This document shows, piece after piece, positions 1 to 10,967 of a stretch of 64,000 nucleotides of DNA. Origin of the DNA: Candidatus Oxydemutatoraceae bacterium (GTDB lineage Bacteria > Pseudomonadota > Gammaproteobacteria > Poriferisulfidales > Oxydemutatoraceae). The stretch is taken from contig CBDCOZ010000003.1 in the NCBI GenBank assembly GCA_965220085.1, forward strand, positions 128,001 to 192,000, given 5' to 3'. The position numbers and the translations under genes were made by a program. The number at the start of each line of letters is the position of its first letter. The first letter of the stretch is position 1. The notes beneath the pieces were generated by a model. That model was not told the DNA's origin. It was given only the letters and a program-made list of their open reading frames with translations, and ran no database searches.

Positions 1-2
1 TC

Positions 3-140
3 CGCGTGACCGACGATGGCGACCAGCCCGATGCCGATACCGACACCACCAGCGCCAACGCCGCTACCATGAGCATCCGTCTGGCAGTAGGACACCTGCG
101 CTTGCGGCTACGCCTCTTCTTGGAAGGCCCGCTACGGTAG
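3..140 (+). CDS. 3' end (partial) of LRLRLRLFLEGPLR-tagged secreted protein, paralog of 345-1395
   Basis: Frame 3 reads RVTDDGDQPDADTDTTSANAATMSIRLAVGHLRLRLRLFLEGPLR*, identical in protein to the end of the next gene. Confidence 0.9.
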   Translation, partial: RVTDDGDQPDADTDTTSANAATMSIRLAVGHLRLRLRLFLEGPLR

Positions 141-197
141 CGAGTGCCCTGCGACGGAGAAGGGAAGTGAGGTGCGCAGGGGTGAGACAGGATGCGC

Positions 198-286
198 TTG
201 CGGATAACCGAATGTGTGGTATAGTGTGACATCCTATTGACGCAAGCGCAGATGAAACTTGCGAATGATTGAATGTGTGGTATAGT
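198..286 (+). promoter_or_regulatory. Tandem sigma70-like promoters of tagged-gene cassette
   Basis: TTGCGG-16-TATAGT (198-225) and TTGCGA-16-TATAGT (259-286), each with an extended -10 TG; the same motifs precede other family members. Confidence 0.6.
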
Positions 287-344
287 GCAAGACTTATATT
301 GAGCAAACGCCTTCGCTGGCCACGAGTTATCAGGAGTAACAGAT

Positions 345-1395
345 ATGAATAAACAGATTTTTAATATACTACTCTTCAGAGGAAGCGACCCAATGTGTCG
401 CGCCCTGCTAGGCAAAAGCATGAATAGCGAGATTATTAATACTACCCCCCCCCCCCCCCCCCCCCCCCCCCCTGCATTGGCGGGTAGCACGAACCCGGCT
501 TAGCCTCTTACCGCTTCTTCTGCTCGCCCTGTTCGCAGTCTGCGAACCGGCACAGGCGCAGAACGCCGCCGGCGAACCAGCGGTAACTGCGGCCTTTTCT
601 ACTCAAGCTCTTACGGCTCATCAACAGAACGCCACCGGCGAGCCGGCGGTAACGGCGGCGGATGGCGCCGATTTGACGATGGTGGGACCCAATGAGGACA
701 GCCTGCTCACCGCCACCACGGGCACCATCATGGACCCCGATGTCATAAGCGCTTTAGCCGCCTGGCAATGGGGAATGGCCGACACCAGTGACGGCACCTA
801 CGCCAACATAGACGGGGCCACTGCCGCCACCTTTACGCCCCTGCAGGAGCATGTCGGCAAATTTCTGCAAGCCTGCGGTGCCTTTTTGGATAATACCGGC
901 GCCCTCGAGATTTTGTGCTGGAACTCCGTCGCCGCAGTTGCCAATGTCAACGATGCCCCGACGGCTACCGACAACACCATAATGGTGTCCAATACCGCCG
1001 ATGCCGACAACCCCTACAAATTCTCGGCCAGCGCCTTCGCCTTTGCCGATGAGGAGGATGGCGACAGTCTGGCCAGCGTCACCATAGTGACCCTGCCAAC
1101 CACCGGCACCCTGAGTCTGAATGGCACGGCCCTGAGCGCCGTCCCCGAAAGTCCCATAACCGCCGCCCAGCTGGAGGCGGGCGCTCTGACCTACTATCCG
1201 GCGGCCGACCAACAGCCCACCGACCCCTCCGCCGCCGCCTACGACAGTTTCACATTCCGCGTGACCGACGATGGCGACCAGCCCGATGCCGACACCGACA
1301 CCACCAGCGCCAACGCCGCTACCATGAGCATCCGCCTGGCAGTAGGACACCTGCGCTTGCGCTTGCGCCTCTTTCTTGAAGGCCCGTTGCGGTAG
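345..1395 (+). CDS. Phase-variable tagged secreted protein (Ig-like then cadherin-like module); frameshifted at C28 as assembled
   Basis: AGGAG RBS, ATG 345, leader MNKQIFNILL...MNSEIINTTPPP, C28 at 445-472. Removing one C joins it to LHWRVARTRLSLLPLLLLALFAVCEPAQA (signal peptide) and ORF 673-1395, which ends LRLRLRLFLEGPLR. Confidence 0.85.
445..472 (+). repeat. Poly-C tract (C28), slipped-strand switch
   Basis: Direct count; lies between leader and signal peptide. Confidence 0.9.
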
Positions 1396-1461
1396 CGGGG
1401 CCAACCTGCATCTCTTCTCGCACCATTGTGATGACTCCCCCGCAAGGGGAGTGCGGTTGGC

Positions 1462-1663
1462 GTAACCCCGAAACTTTCCTTCGCCGCATCTCGCCGCCTG
1501 CGGCTCGGCCTGCGATGCGCCCGCGAGGGGCGGGTGTGGCTTGGTCTCTGCGGGGTGCGCACGGTCGGTGTAACCCCGAAACTTTCCTTCGCCGCATCTC
1601 GCCGCCTGCGGCTCGGCCTGCGATGCGCCCGCGAGGGGCGGGTGTTGCTTGGCCTCTGCGGGG
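1462..1663. repeat. Tandem direct repeat, 108-bp period, 2 copies
   Basis: gtaaccccgaaactttccttcgccgcatctcgccg... at 1462 and 1570. Confidence 0.9.
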
Positions 1664-1916
1664 AGCGGCGGTCAGGGGGAGCGATATATGCGAATGTGGC
1701 ATAGAATACACAGGCGATGCAAAGAGTTTTCTATCCATCTATTTTGATTACGATGTCTGCGGCGTGTGCTACGCGTGAGTGCGCCGGTCGGTCGTCGTCT
1801 TTGACAATTTTGATTACGGCGACCGCCGCATGCGTTGCGCGTAATTTTTTGCCGGGCCGAAGCGCTGCGGCGTTGCGGTCGACCGCTGTGAAGAGAAACC
1901 GACTCGGTGATTGACG

Positions 1917-3455
1917 ATGCTGATCACGCAACTTCCAAGGATATTAAAAATAAACATGGTTTTGATAAACCGCGGGCTGGATGAGATCGTGCTCAAGATT
2001 CCGTTCTTGCGCCCGGCGCATTTTCTCTTTCATCTGATGCCGTGGAATTGGTTCGGTCGCAAGAAGCAGCCGCTTGCGGTGCGCATACGGCTCGGGCTTG
2101 AGGACTTGGGGCCGATCTTTGTCAAGTTCGGTCAAATGCTGTCGACCCGTCCCGATCTGTTGCCCGAGGATGTCATTGCCGAGTTGTCAAAACTGCAGGA
2201 CAAGGTGCCGCCGTTTGCCGAAGAAGCGGCGCGACAGATTATCGAGAAGCGGCTCGGCGACAAGGCGGAGAATGTCTTCCGGCAGTTTGACTCCGCGCCG
2301 TTGGCGTCGGCTTCGATCGCACAGGTGCACGCTGCGGCGCTTAAAAGCGGCGAGTCGGTTGTCGTCAAGGTGTTGCGCCCCGCCGTGCGCAAGGTCATCC
2401 GCCGTGATATAGAACTCTTGCACACGATGGCGCGGATGGCGGAGCGGTATTTCCCGCAATCCCGCAGGTTGCATCCGGCGGATGTCGTCGCCGAGTATGA
2501 GAAGACCCTGATGAACGAGATCGACCTGTTGCGCGAGGCGGCCAATGCGAGCCAGTTGCGGCGCAACTTTGATAACTCTCCGTTGCTTTATATACCGCGC
2601 GTCTATTGGGATTATTGCCACAGCGATGTCATTGTGATGGAGCGAATTTACGGTATTCCGGTCAACGACACGGAGCGGCTGAAGGCGGCGGGCATCAATC
2701 TGAAGAAGCTCGCCGAGACCGGCGTGGAGATTTTTTTCACGCAAGTGTTTCGCGATAATTTTTTCCATGCCGATATGCACCCCGGCAATATCATGGTGTC
2801 CGCCGAATCGCCGGACAACCCGCAATATCTCGGCGTTGATTTTGGCATCGTCGGCACGCTGGCCGCCGAAGACCAGCGCTACCTTGCGGCCAATTTTCTG
2901 GCATTTTTCAATCACGATTATCGGCAAGTCGCCAGACTGCACATCCGTTCCGGCTGGGTGCCGGCGGATACCCGCGAGGACGAACTTGAGGCGGCGGTGC
3001 GCACGGTGTGCGAGCCGATCTTTCAGCAGCCTTTGAGCCGCATATCGTTCGGGCTTCTGTTGTTGCGCCTGATCAAGGTCGCCCGCCAGTTCAATATGGA
3101 GGTGCAACCCCAACTGGTGCTGTTGCAGAAAACACTGCTCAATATAGAGGGGCTTGGCCGGCAGATTTATCCGGATTTGGATTTGTGGGATACGGCCAAG
3201 CCGTTTCTTGAGCGGTGGATGGCGCAGCGCCGGGACCCGAGGGTCTTGGCCAAGAAACTCGCGCGGCGCTTGCCCGAGATCATCGAGCAACTCGTCGATC
3301 CCAAGGGCGCGTTCCCGATGACAGCGGCGGCGCCGCCGACAGACACGCGCGACATCGCAAGGTTGCAACGCGAGATCGCGGTATTGCGGCGGGTCATTGT
3401 CGCGGTCGTTGTCATCGCCGCGCTCGGTCTTGCCATCGCGTATTGGCATGGATAG
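1917..3455 (+). CDS. ubiB: Ubiquinone biosynthesis protein kinase UbiB
   Basis: [43 protein letters not shown] motifs; C-terminal TM. Confidence 0.95.
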   Translation: MLITQLPRILKINMVLINRGLDEIVLKIPFLRPAHFLFHLMPWNWFGRKKQPLAVRIRLGLEDLGPIFVKFGQMLSTRPDLLPEDVIAELSKLQDKVPPFAEEAARQIIEKRLGDKAENVFRQFDSAPLASASIAQVHAAALKSGESVVVKVLRPAVRKVIRRDIELLHTMARMAERYFPQSRRLHPADVVAEYEKTLMNEIDLLREAANASQLRRNFDNSPLLYIPRVYWDYCHSDVIVMERIYGIPVNDTERLKAAGINLKKLAETGVEIFFTQVFRDNFFHADMHPGNIMVSAESPDNPQYLGVDFGIVGTLAAEDQRYLAANFLAFFNHDYRQVARLHIRSGWVPADTREDELEAAVRTVCEPIFQQPLSRISFGLLLLRLIKVARQFNMEVQPQLVLLQKTLLNIEGLGRQIYPDLDLWDTAKPFLERWMAQRRDPRVLAKKLARRLPEIIEQLVDPKGAFPMTAAAPPTDTRDIARLQREIAVLRRVIVAVVVIAALGLAIAYWHG

Positions 3456-5667
3456 CGTACGCGAACAACTGCTGGCCGGTCTCAACGAGGAACAGCGGGC
3501 GGCGGTGACCGCGCCGCCGCAGTCGGCATTGGTGATCGCGGGCGCCGGCAGCGGCAAGACCCGCGTCCTCACGCACCGCATCGCGTGGCTGTGCCACAGC
3601 GAGGACATATCGCCGTATGCGGTGGTCGCGGTGACCTTCACCAACAAGGCGGCGCAGGAGATGCGCCGGCGCGTGGAAGATTTGACAGAGGGGTCGGCGC
3701 GCAGTATGTGGATAGGCACGTTTCACGGCATCTGCAACCGCATCCTGCGCCGGCATTACGAGGCGGCGGAGTTGCCGCAATCGTTTCAGATTCTGGATGC
3801 GCAAGATCAACTGCGCATCATCAAGCGCATCACCAAAGCGCTCGGGTTGGATGAGAAAAAGTGGCCGCCCAAGCAGACGCAGTATCTGATCAACGATTAC
3901 AAAGAGCTGGGCAAGCGGGCGGCGGCGGTTCAGGAAGAAAACCCGGCGCACGCGCGTCTGCTGAGAATCTACGCCGAGTACGAAGCGCACTGCCGCCGCT
4001 CGGGGCTGGCGGATTTTACCGAATTGCTATTGCGCACCGTCGAGTTGTTGCGCGATAACGAGGAGGTTCTGGAGCAGTACCAACACCGCTTTCGTCATAT
4101 TCTGGTCGATGAATTTCAGGATACCAATACGCTTCAATACGCCTGGATTCGGTTGCTGGCGGGGCGGGACATTCCGGTGTTTGTGGTCGGCGATGACGAC
4201 CAGTCCATTTACGGCTGGCGCGGCGCGTGCGCGCGCAACATACGCGACTTCGGCAAAGACTTTGCCAATGCCGGCGTGTATCGGTTGCAGCGCAACTACC
4301 GCTCAAACGGCAACATTCTCAAAGCCGCCAACGCGCTGATTGAAAACAACCGCGATCGGATGGGCAAGAACCTCTGGACTAAGGCGGAGGACGGGCCGCC
4401 GATCAAAGTGTTTGCCGCTTACAACGAAGGCGATGAGGCCGAGTTTGTCGTCGCGCAGGCGGCGCATTGGATCGATGAGGCGGGGCATCGGCGCGCAGAG
4501 GTCGCTGTGCTCTATCGTTCCAATGCGCAGTCGCGGGTAATCGAGCAGGCGTTGATTAAAAAAAGCATACCGTACCGGGTGTACGGCGGCATGCGCTTCT
4601 TTGAGCGCGCGGTGATCAAACACGCGATGGCGCATATGCGGCTTTTTTGCCACCGCGCCGATGACCCGTCGTTTGAGCGCATCGTCAATTTCCCGCCGCG
4701 CGGGATCGGCGAGCGCACCTTGGAAGCGGTCAGAGAACGCGCCCGCGCCGATGATTGCGGTTTGTGGAACGCCGCCGTGCGCCTGATCAAAGAGGACGAG
4801 TTGACGCCCAGAAGCGCGTCGTCTCTGTCTGAGTTTTGCCTGATGGTGGAGCATTTGGCCGATGGCATTGCGCCCGAGCATATGCTCTCCGAATTGGCCG
4901 CGCGCATCGCCAAGCGGCTGGCGGCGCACTACGAAAAGAGTTACGCCAAGAACTCCGATGAAGCGGCGATTTCAAACATGGAGAATCTGGAGGAGTTTAT
5001 CGCGGCGGCGCGGGAGTTTGAGTCGTCTTTTGAAGCGGAGAAAGAACAGATGGCCGAAGACGAGCGGGAAGAAAACATCATGGATGCTTTTCTGACTCAC
5101 GCCGCGCTGGAAGCAAGCGAGACGCAGGGCGGATATGAAGAAGACTGCGTGCAACTGATGACATTGCATTCGGCAAAGGGGCTGGAGTTTCCGCTGGTCA
5201 TCATCGTCGGCCTTGAGGAAAATCTGTTTCCGCACGCGCGCAGCATGGCGACGGCGGAGGATTTGGAGGAAGAGCGGCGCCTTTGCTATGTCGGGATTAC
5301 CCGCGCCCGCGAACGCTTGGTGATGACGTATGCCGAGGAGCGCAACCGCGGCTATGGCACGCCGGTGTTTGCCGATATGTCGCGCTTTTTGCAAGAGTTG
5401 CCGGCAGAGTTGCTGGAAGAAGTGCGCCCGCGCATTCAGATCAAGCGCCCGTCGCGCGAGCGGGCGTCTTCCGACCCCGCGCAAACGCGCTTCGCTCCCG
5501 ATCTCGGAATCAATATCGGTCAGGCGGTCCGACACAGCGCCTTTGGCGACGGTGTTGTGCTGAATCTTGAAGGGGCGGGCGAACACGGCAGGGCGCTGGT
5601 GCGCTTTAGAAGCGAGGGCGAGAAGTGGTTGGTCTTGGCTTACGCCAAGCTCGAACTCATCGCCTGA
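3448..5667 (+). CDS. uvrD: DNA helicase II UvrD
   Basis: [40 protein letters not shown]; C-terminal Tudor-like domain. Confidence 0.95.
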   Translation: MDSVREQLLAGLNEEQRAAVTAPPQSALVIAGAGSGKTRVLTHRIAWLCHSEDISPYAVVAVTFTNKAAQEMRRRVEDLTEGSARSMWIGTFHGICNRILRRHYEAAELPQSFQILDAQDQLRIIKRITKALGLDEKKWPPKQTQYLINDYKELGKRAAAVQEENPAHARLLRIYAEYEAHCRRSGLADFTELLLRTVELLRDNEEVLEQYQHRFRHILVDEFQDTNTLQYAWIRLLAGRDIPVFVVGDDDQSIYGWRGACARNIRDFGKDFANAGVYRLQRNYRSNGNILKAANALIENNRDRMGKNLWTKAEDGPPIKVFAAYNEGDEAEFVVAQAAHWIDEAGHRRAEVAVLYRSNAQSRVIEQALIKKSIPYRVYGGMRFFERAVIKHAMAHMRLFCHRADDPSFERIVNFPPRGIGERTLEAVRERARADDCGLWNAAVRLIKEDELTPRSASSLSEFCLMVEHLADGIAPEHMLSELAARIAKRLAAHYEKSYAKNSDEAAISNMENLEEFIAAAREFESSFEAEKEQMAEDEREENIMDAFLTHAALEASETQGGYEEDCVQLMTLHSAKGLEFPLVIIVGLEENLFPHARSMATAEDLEEERRLCYVGITRARERLVMTYAEERNRGYGTPVFADMSRFLQELPAELLEEVRPRIQIKRPSRERASSDPAQTRFAPDLGINIGQAVRHSAFGDGVVLNLEGAGEHGRALVRFRSEGEKWLVLAYAKLELIA

Positions 5668-6250
5668 AATCTTTTCCGAACAGCGTGGCGTATATCCGCA
5701 GCAGTGCGCCGCCGCTGATGCAGGCATCGGCGATGTTGAATGTCGGTCAGGCGGTCCGACACAGCGCCTTTGGCGACGGTGTTGTGCTGAATCTTGAAGG
5801 GGCGGGCGAACACGGCAGGGCGCTGGCGCGCTTTAGGAGCGAGGGCGAGAAGCGGCTGGTCTTGGCCTGCGCCAAGCTCGAACTCATTGCCTGAAATCTT
5901 TTCCGAACAGCGTGGCGTATATCCGCAGCAGTGCGCCGCCGCTGATGCAGGCATCGGCGATGTTGAATGTCGGCCAGCGGAAGGCCCCGTAGCGCAGATC
6001 CAGAAAATCCACGACGCGCCCGTACGCCAGCCGGTCGCAGAGGTTGCCGAGTGCGCCGCCCAGAATCATCGTGATGCCGATGCCGGCGCGCGCCTCGTTA
6101 TCGCGCTGGCGCGCTTTGGGAGCGAGGGCGAGAAGCGGTTGGTCTTGGCCTGCGCTAAACTCGAACTCATCGCCTGAAATCTTTTCCGAACAGCGTGGCG
6201 TATATCAGCAGCAGTGCGCCGCCGCTGATGCAGGCATCGGCGATGTTGAA
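5516..6250. repeat. Triplicated uvrD/lspA convergent junction
   Basis: The uvrD end (...KLELIA*) recurs with stops at 5667, 5894 and 6177, each followed by the reverse complement of the lspA 3' end. Confidence 0.9.
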
Positions 6251-6634
6251 TGTCGGCCAGTGGAAGGCCCCGTAGTGCAGATCCAGAAAATCCACGACGC
6301 GCCCGTACGCCAGCCGGTCGCAGAGGTTGCCGAGTGCGCCGCCCAGAATCATCGTGATGCCGATGCCGGCGCGCGCCTCGTTATCGCGCAGGTGTCTGAG
6401 CCAGCCGATGAGTATGACGCAGATGACGAGCGTGATGACGACGAAGAACCAGCGTTGCCAGCCGCCGGCATCGCTGAGGAAGCCGAATGCTGCGCCGGTG
6501 TTGTAGATCAGACTCAGGTTGAACCACGATGTGACCGGCAGCGGCGTGTGCGGCGTGAGCCAGTGCTCGGCGGCAAGTTTGCTCGCCTGATCAAAGGCTA
6601 AGATTGCGGCGGCGGCGATGAGCCATTTACGCAT
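6167..6634 (-). CDS. lspA: Lipoprotein signal peptidase II
   Basis: [31 protein letters not shown] motifs; follows ileS. Confidence 0.95.
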   Translation of the reverse strand: MRKWLIAAAAILAFDQASKLAAEHWLTPHTPLPVTSWFNLSLIYNTGAAFGFLSDAGGWQRWFFVVITLVICVILIGWLRHLRDNEARAGIGITMILGGALGNLCDRLAYGRVVDFLDLHYGAFHWPTFNIADACISGGALLLIYATLFGKDFRR

Positions 6635-9425
6635 GGCGACGCACTTCCCCTTCGCCGCTGACATTGGCGACACAGCGCGCACACAGCGACGGATGCTCGC
6701 TGTCGTCGCCGACATCTTCGCGGATGTGCCAGCAGCGCGCGCATTTCTCGCCGGCGGCGGCGGTGATGCGCACGGCGATATCGTCGGCGGTCTTGACGGC
6801 GTCTTGCGGCGCGTCTGCCGCATCGGCCACTGTCGCACTTGATGTGATCAGCACAAAGCGCAACTCGTCTTCCAAACGCGACAGCACGTTCCGATCGTCA
6901 TCGCCGCAGAATATATCTGCCGCGGCATCCAGCGAAGAGCCGACGACGCCGGCTTGGCGTTGCGCTTCGATCTCTTTCAACACCAGGTCGCGGATCGCAA
7001 TCACCCGCTGCCATTGTTGCGGCGTCAACAGGCTCTCGCCGTCAAATGCCGGCAGCGCGCGATGCCAGCGTTCAACGAAGACCGATTGCTCGCGCGGCCC
7101 GGGAATGCGCTGATAGATTTCTTCGGCGGTGAAACTCAGAACCGGCGCGATGCAGCGCGTCAGCATATGCGCGATGTGCCAGAGCGCGGTCTGTGCCGAG
7201 CGACGTCCGATGCTGTCAGCCGGCATCGTGTAGAGGCGGTCTTTGATTACATCCAGATAGAAGCCGCCCATTTCCACAGTGCAAAATTTGTGTGCCCGCT
7301 GGCAGACCGAATGCAGGACATAGTCGTTGTAGTCTTTCTCCGCCGCGTCTTGCAATGCCGCCGCCGCTTCCACCGCCCAGCGGTCCAGCGCCAGCATCCG
7401 CCGCCCGTTAAGCGCGTGGGTTTGCGGGTCAAAGTCGCACATATTGGATAACAGAAAGCGCGATGTGTTGCGTATGCGTCTGTAGGTGTCGGTCATGCGC
7501 GTCAATATCTCTTTGGAGATCGACATCTCTGAGGTGTAGTCGGTGGCGGCGACCCACAGCCGCAGGACATCGGCGCCGACAGCGCCGATGGTCTCTTGCG
7601 GGGCGATGACATTGCCTTGTGACTTGGACATTTTTTTGCCGAATTTATCGACGACAAAGCCGTGAGTCAAAACCGCTTTGTACGGCGGCTTGTCGCGGTA
7701 CGCCATGGAGGTGATCAGCGAAGACTGGAACCAGCCGCGGTATTGGTCCGACCCTTCAAGGTAGAGGTCGGCGGGGCATTCCAGTTCGTCGCGCTGATCC
7801 AACACGCACGCGTGCGTCACGCCGGAGTCAAACCAGACATCCAGCGTGTCATGGACTTTGACATAGTCTTCGGCGGCATCGCCGAGCAACTCCGAGGCGC
7901 GCAGCGAAAACCACGCATCAACCCCGTCCTTCTCTATGCGTTGTGCGACTTGTTCTATCAGCGCCGGGGTGTCGGGGTGTAATTCGCCGGTTTCTTTGTG
8001 TGCCAGAACCGCAATCGGCACGCCCCAGCGCCGTTGCCGCGAGATGCACCAGTTAGGCCGCGCCCGCAACATGCCGCCGAGGCGCTTGCCGCCCCAGTCG
8101 GGTATCCAACTCACCTTCTCGCACGCCTGTGCGGTGCGCGATACGAGGTCGCGCGCTGTGAGCGAGACGAACCATTGCGGCGTTGCCAGAAAGATGAGCG
8201 GGGTTTTGTGTCGCCAGCAATGCGGGTAGCTGTGGTTATGAGCGGCGGCGCACAAGAGCTTGCCGCGGGTTTGCAATATATCGACAATCGCGTCATCGGC
8301 TTTGCGCAGGTGTGCTTTGGGCACGACCCCCTCGCTGTCGGCGATGACCCCGTTAACGGTGACCGGAGTTTCAATCGGCAAGTCGTATTGGCGCCCGAGT
8401 TGGTAGTCGTCAACGCCGTGCGAGGGCGCGATGTGCACGGCGCCGGTGCCGGTTTCCAGAGTCACGTAATCGCCGCATACGACCGGCGCTTTGCGCGCAT
8501 AGAAAGGGTGTTGCAACGACAGCAACTCCAAGTCTTTTCCTTTTACCGTGGCGATGGTTTCTGTGGCTTGCAAGCCGTAACGTTGCAGGCAGGCTTCGGC
8601 CAGCGCTTGGGCCAATATCAGCGCGCCTTTTGTCGTTTGCAGCAAGACATAGTCGCTTGTCGGGTGCAGTGCGACGGCTTGATTGGCCGGCAGTGTCCAG
8701 CCTGTCGTCGTCCAAATCGGAATGCCGACATCGCCTTGCAGTTGTGCGCCGATGCGCGCGCCTAACTCACCGGCGTCCGCGCTAAACAATACATCCAGCG
8801 CGGTGGAGGTCTTGTCCTTATATTCCACTTCGGCTTCGGCGAGCGCCGAAGCGCATTCAAAGCACCAGTGCACCGGGCGCAAGCCCCGGCTCATATAACC
8901 TTTTTCAATCAGGTTGCCGAGCGTGCGCAGTATGTTTGCTTCGGTTGCAAAGTCCATGCTTGAATAGTGGTTTTCCCAATCGCCGATGACGCCGAGGCGG
9001 ATGAAGTCCCGCTTTTGCTTCTCTATCTGCTCGGCGGCGTGGGCGCGGCATTGCGCCCGAAACTCGGCGTCTTCGATGGCGGCTTTTTTCTTGCCCAGTT
9101 TCTTTTCTACCCGGTGTTCTATGGGCAAGCCGTGACAATCCCAGCCGGGCACATACGGCGCGTCAAACCCCGACAGCAGACGGCTCTTGATGATGGCATC
9201 CTTGAGGATTTTGTTGACGGCGTGACCGATGTGAATGTCGCCGTTTGCATACGGCGGGCCGTCGTGCAAGGTGAAGCGCGGCCGGCCGCTGCGCGCTTTG
9301 CGGATCAGTTGATAGACATCGATCGCATCCCAGTGCGCCAGCATTTCCGGTTCGCGTTGCGGCAGGTTGGCGCGCATCGGAAAATCGGTATGCGGCAGGT
9401 TCAGGGTGTCTTTATAATCTGTCAT
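6627..9425 (-). CDS. ileS: Isoleucine-tRNA ligase
   Basis: [21 protein letters not shown]-terminal CARCW zinc finger. Confidence 0.97.
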   Translation of the reverse strand: MTDYKDTLNLPHTDFPMRANLPQREPEMLAHWDAIDVYQLIRKARSGRPRFTLHDGPPYANGDIHIGHAVNKILKDAIIKSRLLSGFDAPYVPGWDCHGLPIEHRVEKKLGKKKAAIEDAEFRAQCRAHAAEQIEKQKRDFIRLGVIGDWENHYSSMDFATEANILRTLGNLIEKGYMSRGLRPVHWCFECASALAEAEVEYKDKTSTALDVLFSADAGELGARIGAQLQGDVGIPIWTTTGWTLPANQAVALHPTSDYVLLQTTKGALILAQALAEACLQRYGLQATETIATVKGKDLELLSLQHPFYARKAPVVCGDYVTLETGTGAVHIAPSHGVDDYQLGRQYDLPIETPVTVNGVIADSEGVVPKAHLRKADDAIVDILQTRGKLLCAAAHNHSYPHCWRHKTPLIFLATPQWFVSLTARDLVSRTAQACEKVSWIPDWGGKRLGGMLRARPNWCISRQRRWGVPIAVLAHKETGELHPDTPALIEQVAQRIEKDGVDAWFSLRASELLGDAAEDYVKVHDTLDVWFDSGVTHACVLDQRDELECPADLYLEGSDQYRGWFQSSLITSMAYRDKPPYKAVLTHGFVVDKFGKKMSKSQGNVIAPQETIGAVGADVLRLWVAATDYTSEMSISKEILTRMTDTYRRIRNTSRFLLSNMCDFDPQTHALNGRRMLALDRWAVEAAAALQDAAEKDYNDYVLHSVCQRAHKFCTVEMGGFYLDVIKDRLYTMPADSIGRRSAQTALWHIAHMLTRCIAPVLSFTAEEIYQRIPGPREQSVFVERWHRALPAFDGESLLTPQQWQRVIAIRDLVLKEIEAQRQAGVVGSSLDAAADIFCGDDDRNVLSRLEDELRFVLITSSATVADAADAPQDAVKTADDIAVRITAAAGEKCARCWHIREDVGDDSEHPSLCARCVANVSGEGEVRRHA

Positions 9426-10360
9426 GGTTCTGTGCCGGAATCAAAAAACGCCCGCGCTTTGCTTATGTCTTGTGCGATGCTTTGCTTGAGCGCCTCAAGG
9501 GATTCAAAGCGTTGTTCGTCGCGAATCTTCATCAGCGGAATGAGCTCGACTTTATGTCCGTAAAGCCGCTCCGAGAAGTCCGGCATATGCGCTTCAAGTT
9601 GGTATTCCTTGCCGCACACGGTCGGGCGCACACCGGCATTGATGACCGCCTCGCGGATCGTCCCCGACGGCAGGGTGATGGTGCCCGCATAGACGCCTTG
9701 CAACGGCGGGCGGTGTTTCTTACAGGCGATGTTTGCGGTGGGAAAGCCGAGCTCTTTGCCGCCCCGCCCCAGGCCCGGTATCACCCGTCCTTGCACGCCG
9801 AACTTGCGCCCGAGCAGTCGCTCAACGCGATTGAAATCGCTTCCCTCAAGCGCGTTTCGTACCCGCGTGCTGCTGACCGGTTTGCCGTCCAGCATCACGG
9901 TGTCGGCGAGGTTGACGGAGAAGCCCAAGCGCTCTCCGAGTTTTTGCAGCGTGTGATAATCGCCGCTGCGTTCTTTGCCGAAACGAAAGTCTTTGCCGAT
10001 GATAATGTGTTTGACATTTAACGAGCGCACCAGAATTTTCTCGGCGAATTCCTCCGCGCTCATCGCCGCCAGTTGCCGGCAAAAGCGCAGGCATATCAAC
10101 TTGTCGATTCGCATTGCGCCGAACATCCGCAAGCGTTGGGAGAGTCTGTAAAGGTGCGGCCGCCTGTCGGCGGCGGCGGCAAAAAACTCGCCGGGCGGCG
10201 GCTCAAATATCAGGGCCGCCGCCGCCAATCCCGCGGTGCGCGCGAGCTCCCGCGTTTTGGCAATCACCGCTTGGTGTCCGATATGCAGGGCTTCGTAAGC
10301 GCCAATGGTCAGCGCGCACCCGTCATGCAGGCGATAGTCGTATCCTTTCAGAAAATGCAT
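9422..10360 (-). CDS. ribF: Riboflavin kinase/FAD synthetase
   Basis: HIGH-like motif, GKDFRFG, VSSTRVR, LGFPTAN, LEAH; ribF-ileS-lspA order. Confidence 0.93.
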   Translation of the reverse strand: MHFLKGYDYRLHDGCALTIGAYEALHIGHQAVIAKTRELARTAGLAAAALIFEPPPGEFFAAAADRRPHLYRLSQRLRMFGAMRIDKLICLRFCRQLAAMSAEEFAEKILVRSLNVKHIIIGKDFRFGKERSGDYHTLQKLGERLGFSVNLADTVMLDGKPVSSTRVRNALEGSDFNRVERLLGRKFGVQGRVIPGLGRGGKELGFPTANIACKKHRPPLQGVYAGTITLPSGTIREAVINAGVRPTVCGKEYQLEAHMPDFSERLYGHKVELIPLMKIRDEQRFESLEALKQSIAQDISKARAFFDSGTEP

Positions 10361-10403
10361 GTCATAGATTATATGCTACGGCGGCGGCGATTCCGACAGG
10401 CCT

Positions 10404-10967
10404 TTACCGCTTCGCCGCTGTGTGTCGGTCGGGTTGTTTGAGCAGCGCCGCAACCGCCGCGGCGAGATTGTCAAAGACCGGAACCGCGGCCGGGAATTCG
10501 GGGTCGGCGATCGTCTCTTCGCCGAGACCCGTTCTGACCAGCATGGGGGCGGCGCCGACAGCCTGCGCGGCGAGGATATCTTTCATAGTATCGCCGATAA
10601 ACGGCGCGCCTTTGAGGTCGGTGTTCAGACGGCGGGCAATATCTCTCAACAGCCCCGGCGCCGGCTTGCGGCAACGGCAACGCGCGTTGGGATGGTGCGG
10701 GCAGAAAAAGAAGCCTTCTACATGCGCGCCGTTTGCCTGTAGCCGCGTTTGCAGTTCGGCGTGAATGGCGGCGAGGTTTTCAATCGTGATCAAGCCGCGC
10801 CCGATGCCCGATTGGTTGGATACGATGCAGACCCGCCAGCCCGCTTTGATCAGCCGCGTGATCGCCGCTATGCTGCCGTCGATCGGACGCCACTCGGCGA
10901 CCGATTTGATGTATTCGGGCGAGTCGTGATTGATGACGCCGTCGCGATCAAGCAGCGCCAGTTTCAT
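10404..10967 (-). CDS. gmhB: D-glycero-D-manno-heptose 1,7-bisphosphate phosphatase
   Basis: [26 protein letters not shown]; next to glyS. Confidence 0.92.
   Translation of the reverse strand: MKLALLDRDGVINHDSPEYIKSVAEWRPIDGSIAAITRLIKAGWRVCIVSNQSGIGRGLITIENLAAIHAELQTRLQANGAHVEGFFFCPHHPNARCRCRKPAPGLLRDIARRLNTDLKGAPFIGDTMKDILAAQAVGAAPMLVRTGLGEETIADPEFPAAVPVFDNLAAAVAALLKQPDRHTAAKR

Noticed and set aside
2187-3719. Long antisense ORFs (also 18084-19331, 50996-52732, 54635-56473)
   Set aside because: They are shadows of well-conserved genes in GC-rich DNA and carry no motifs.
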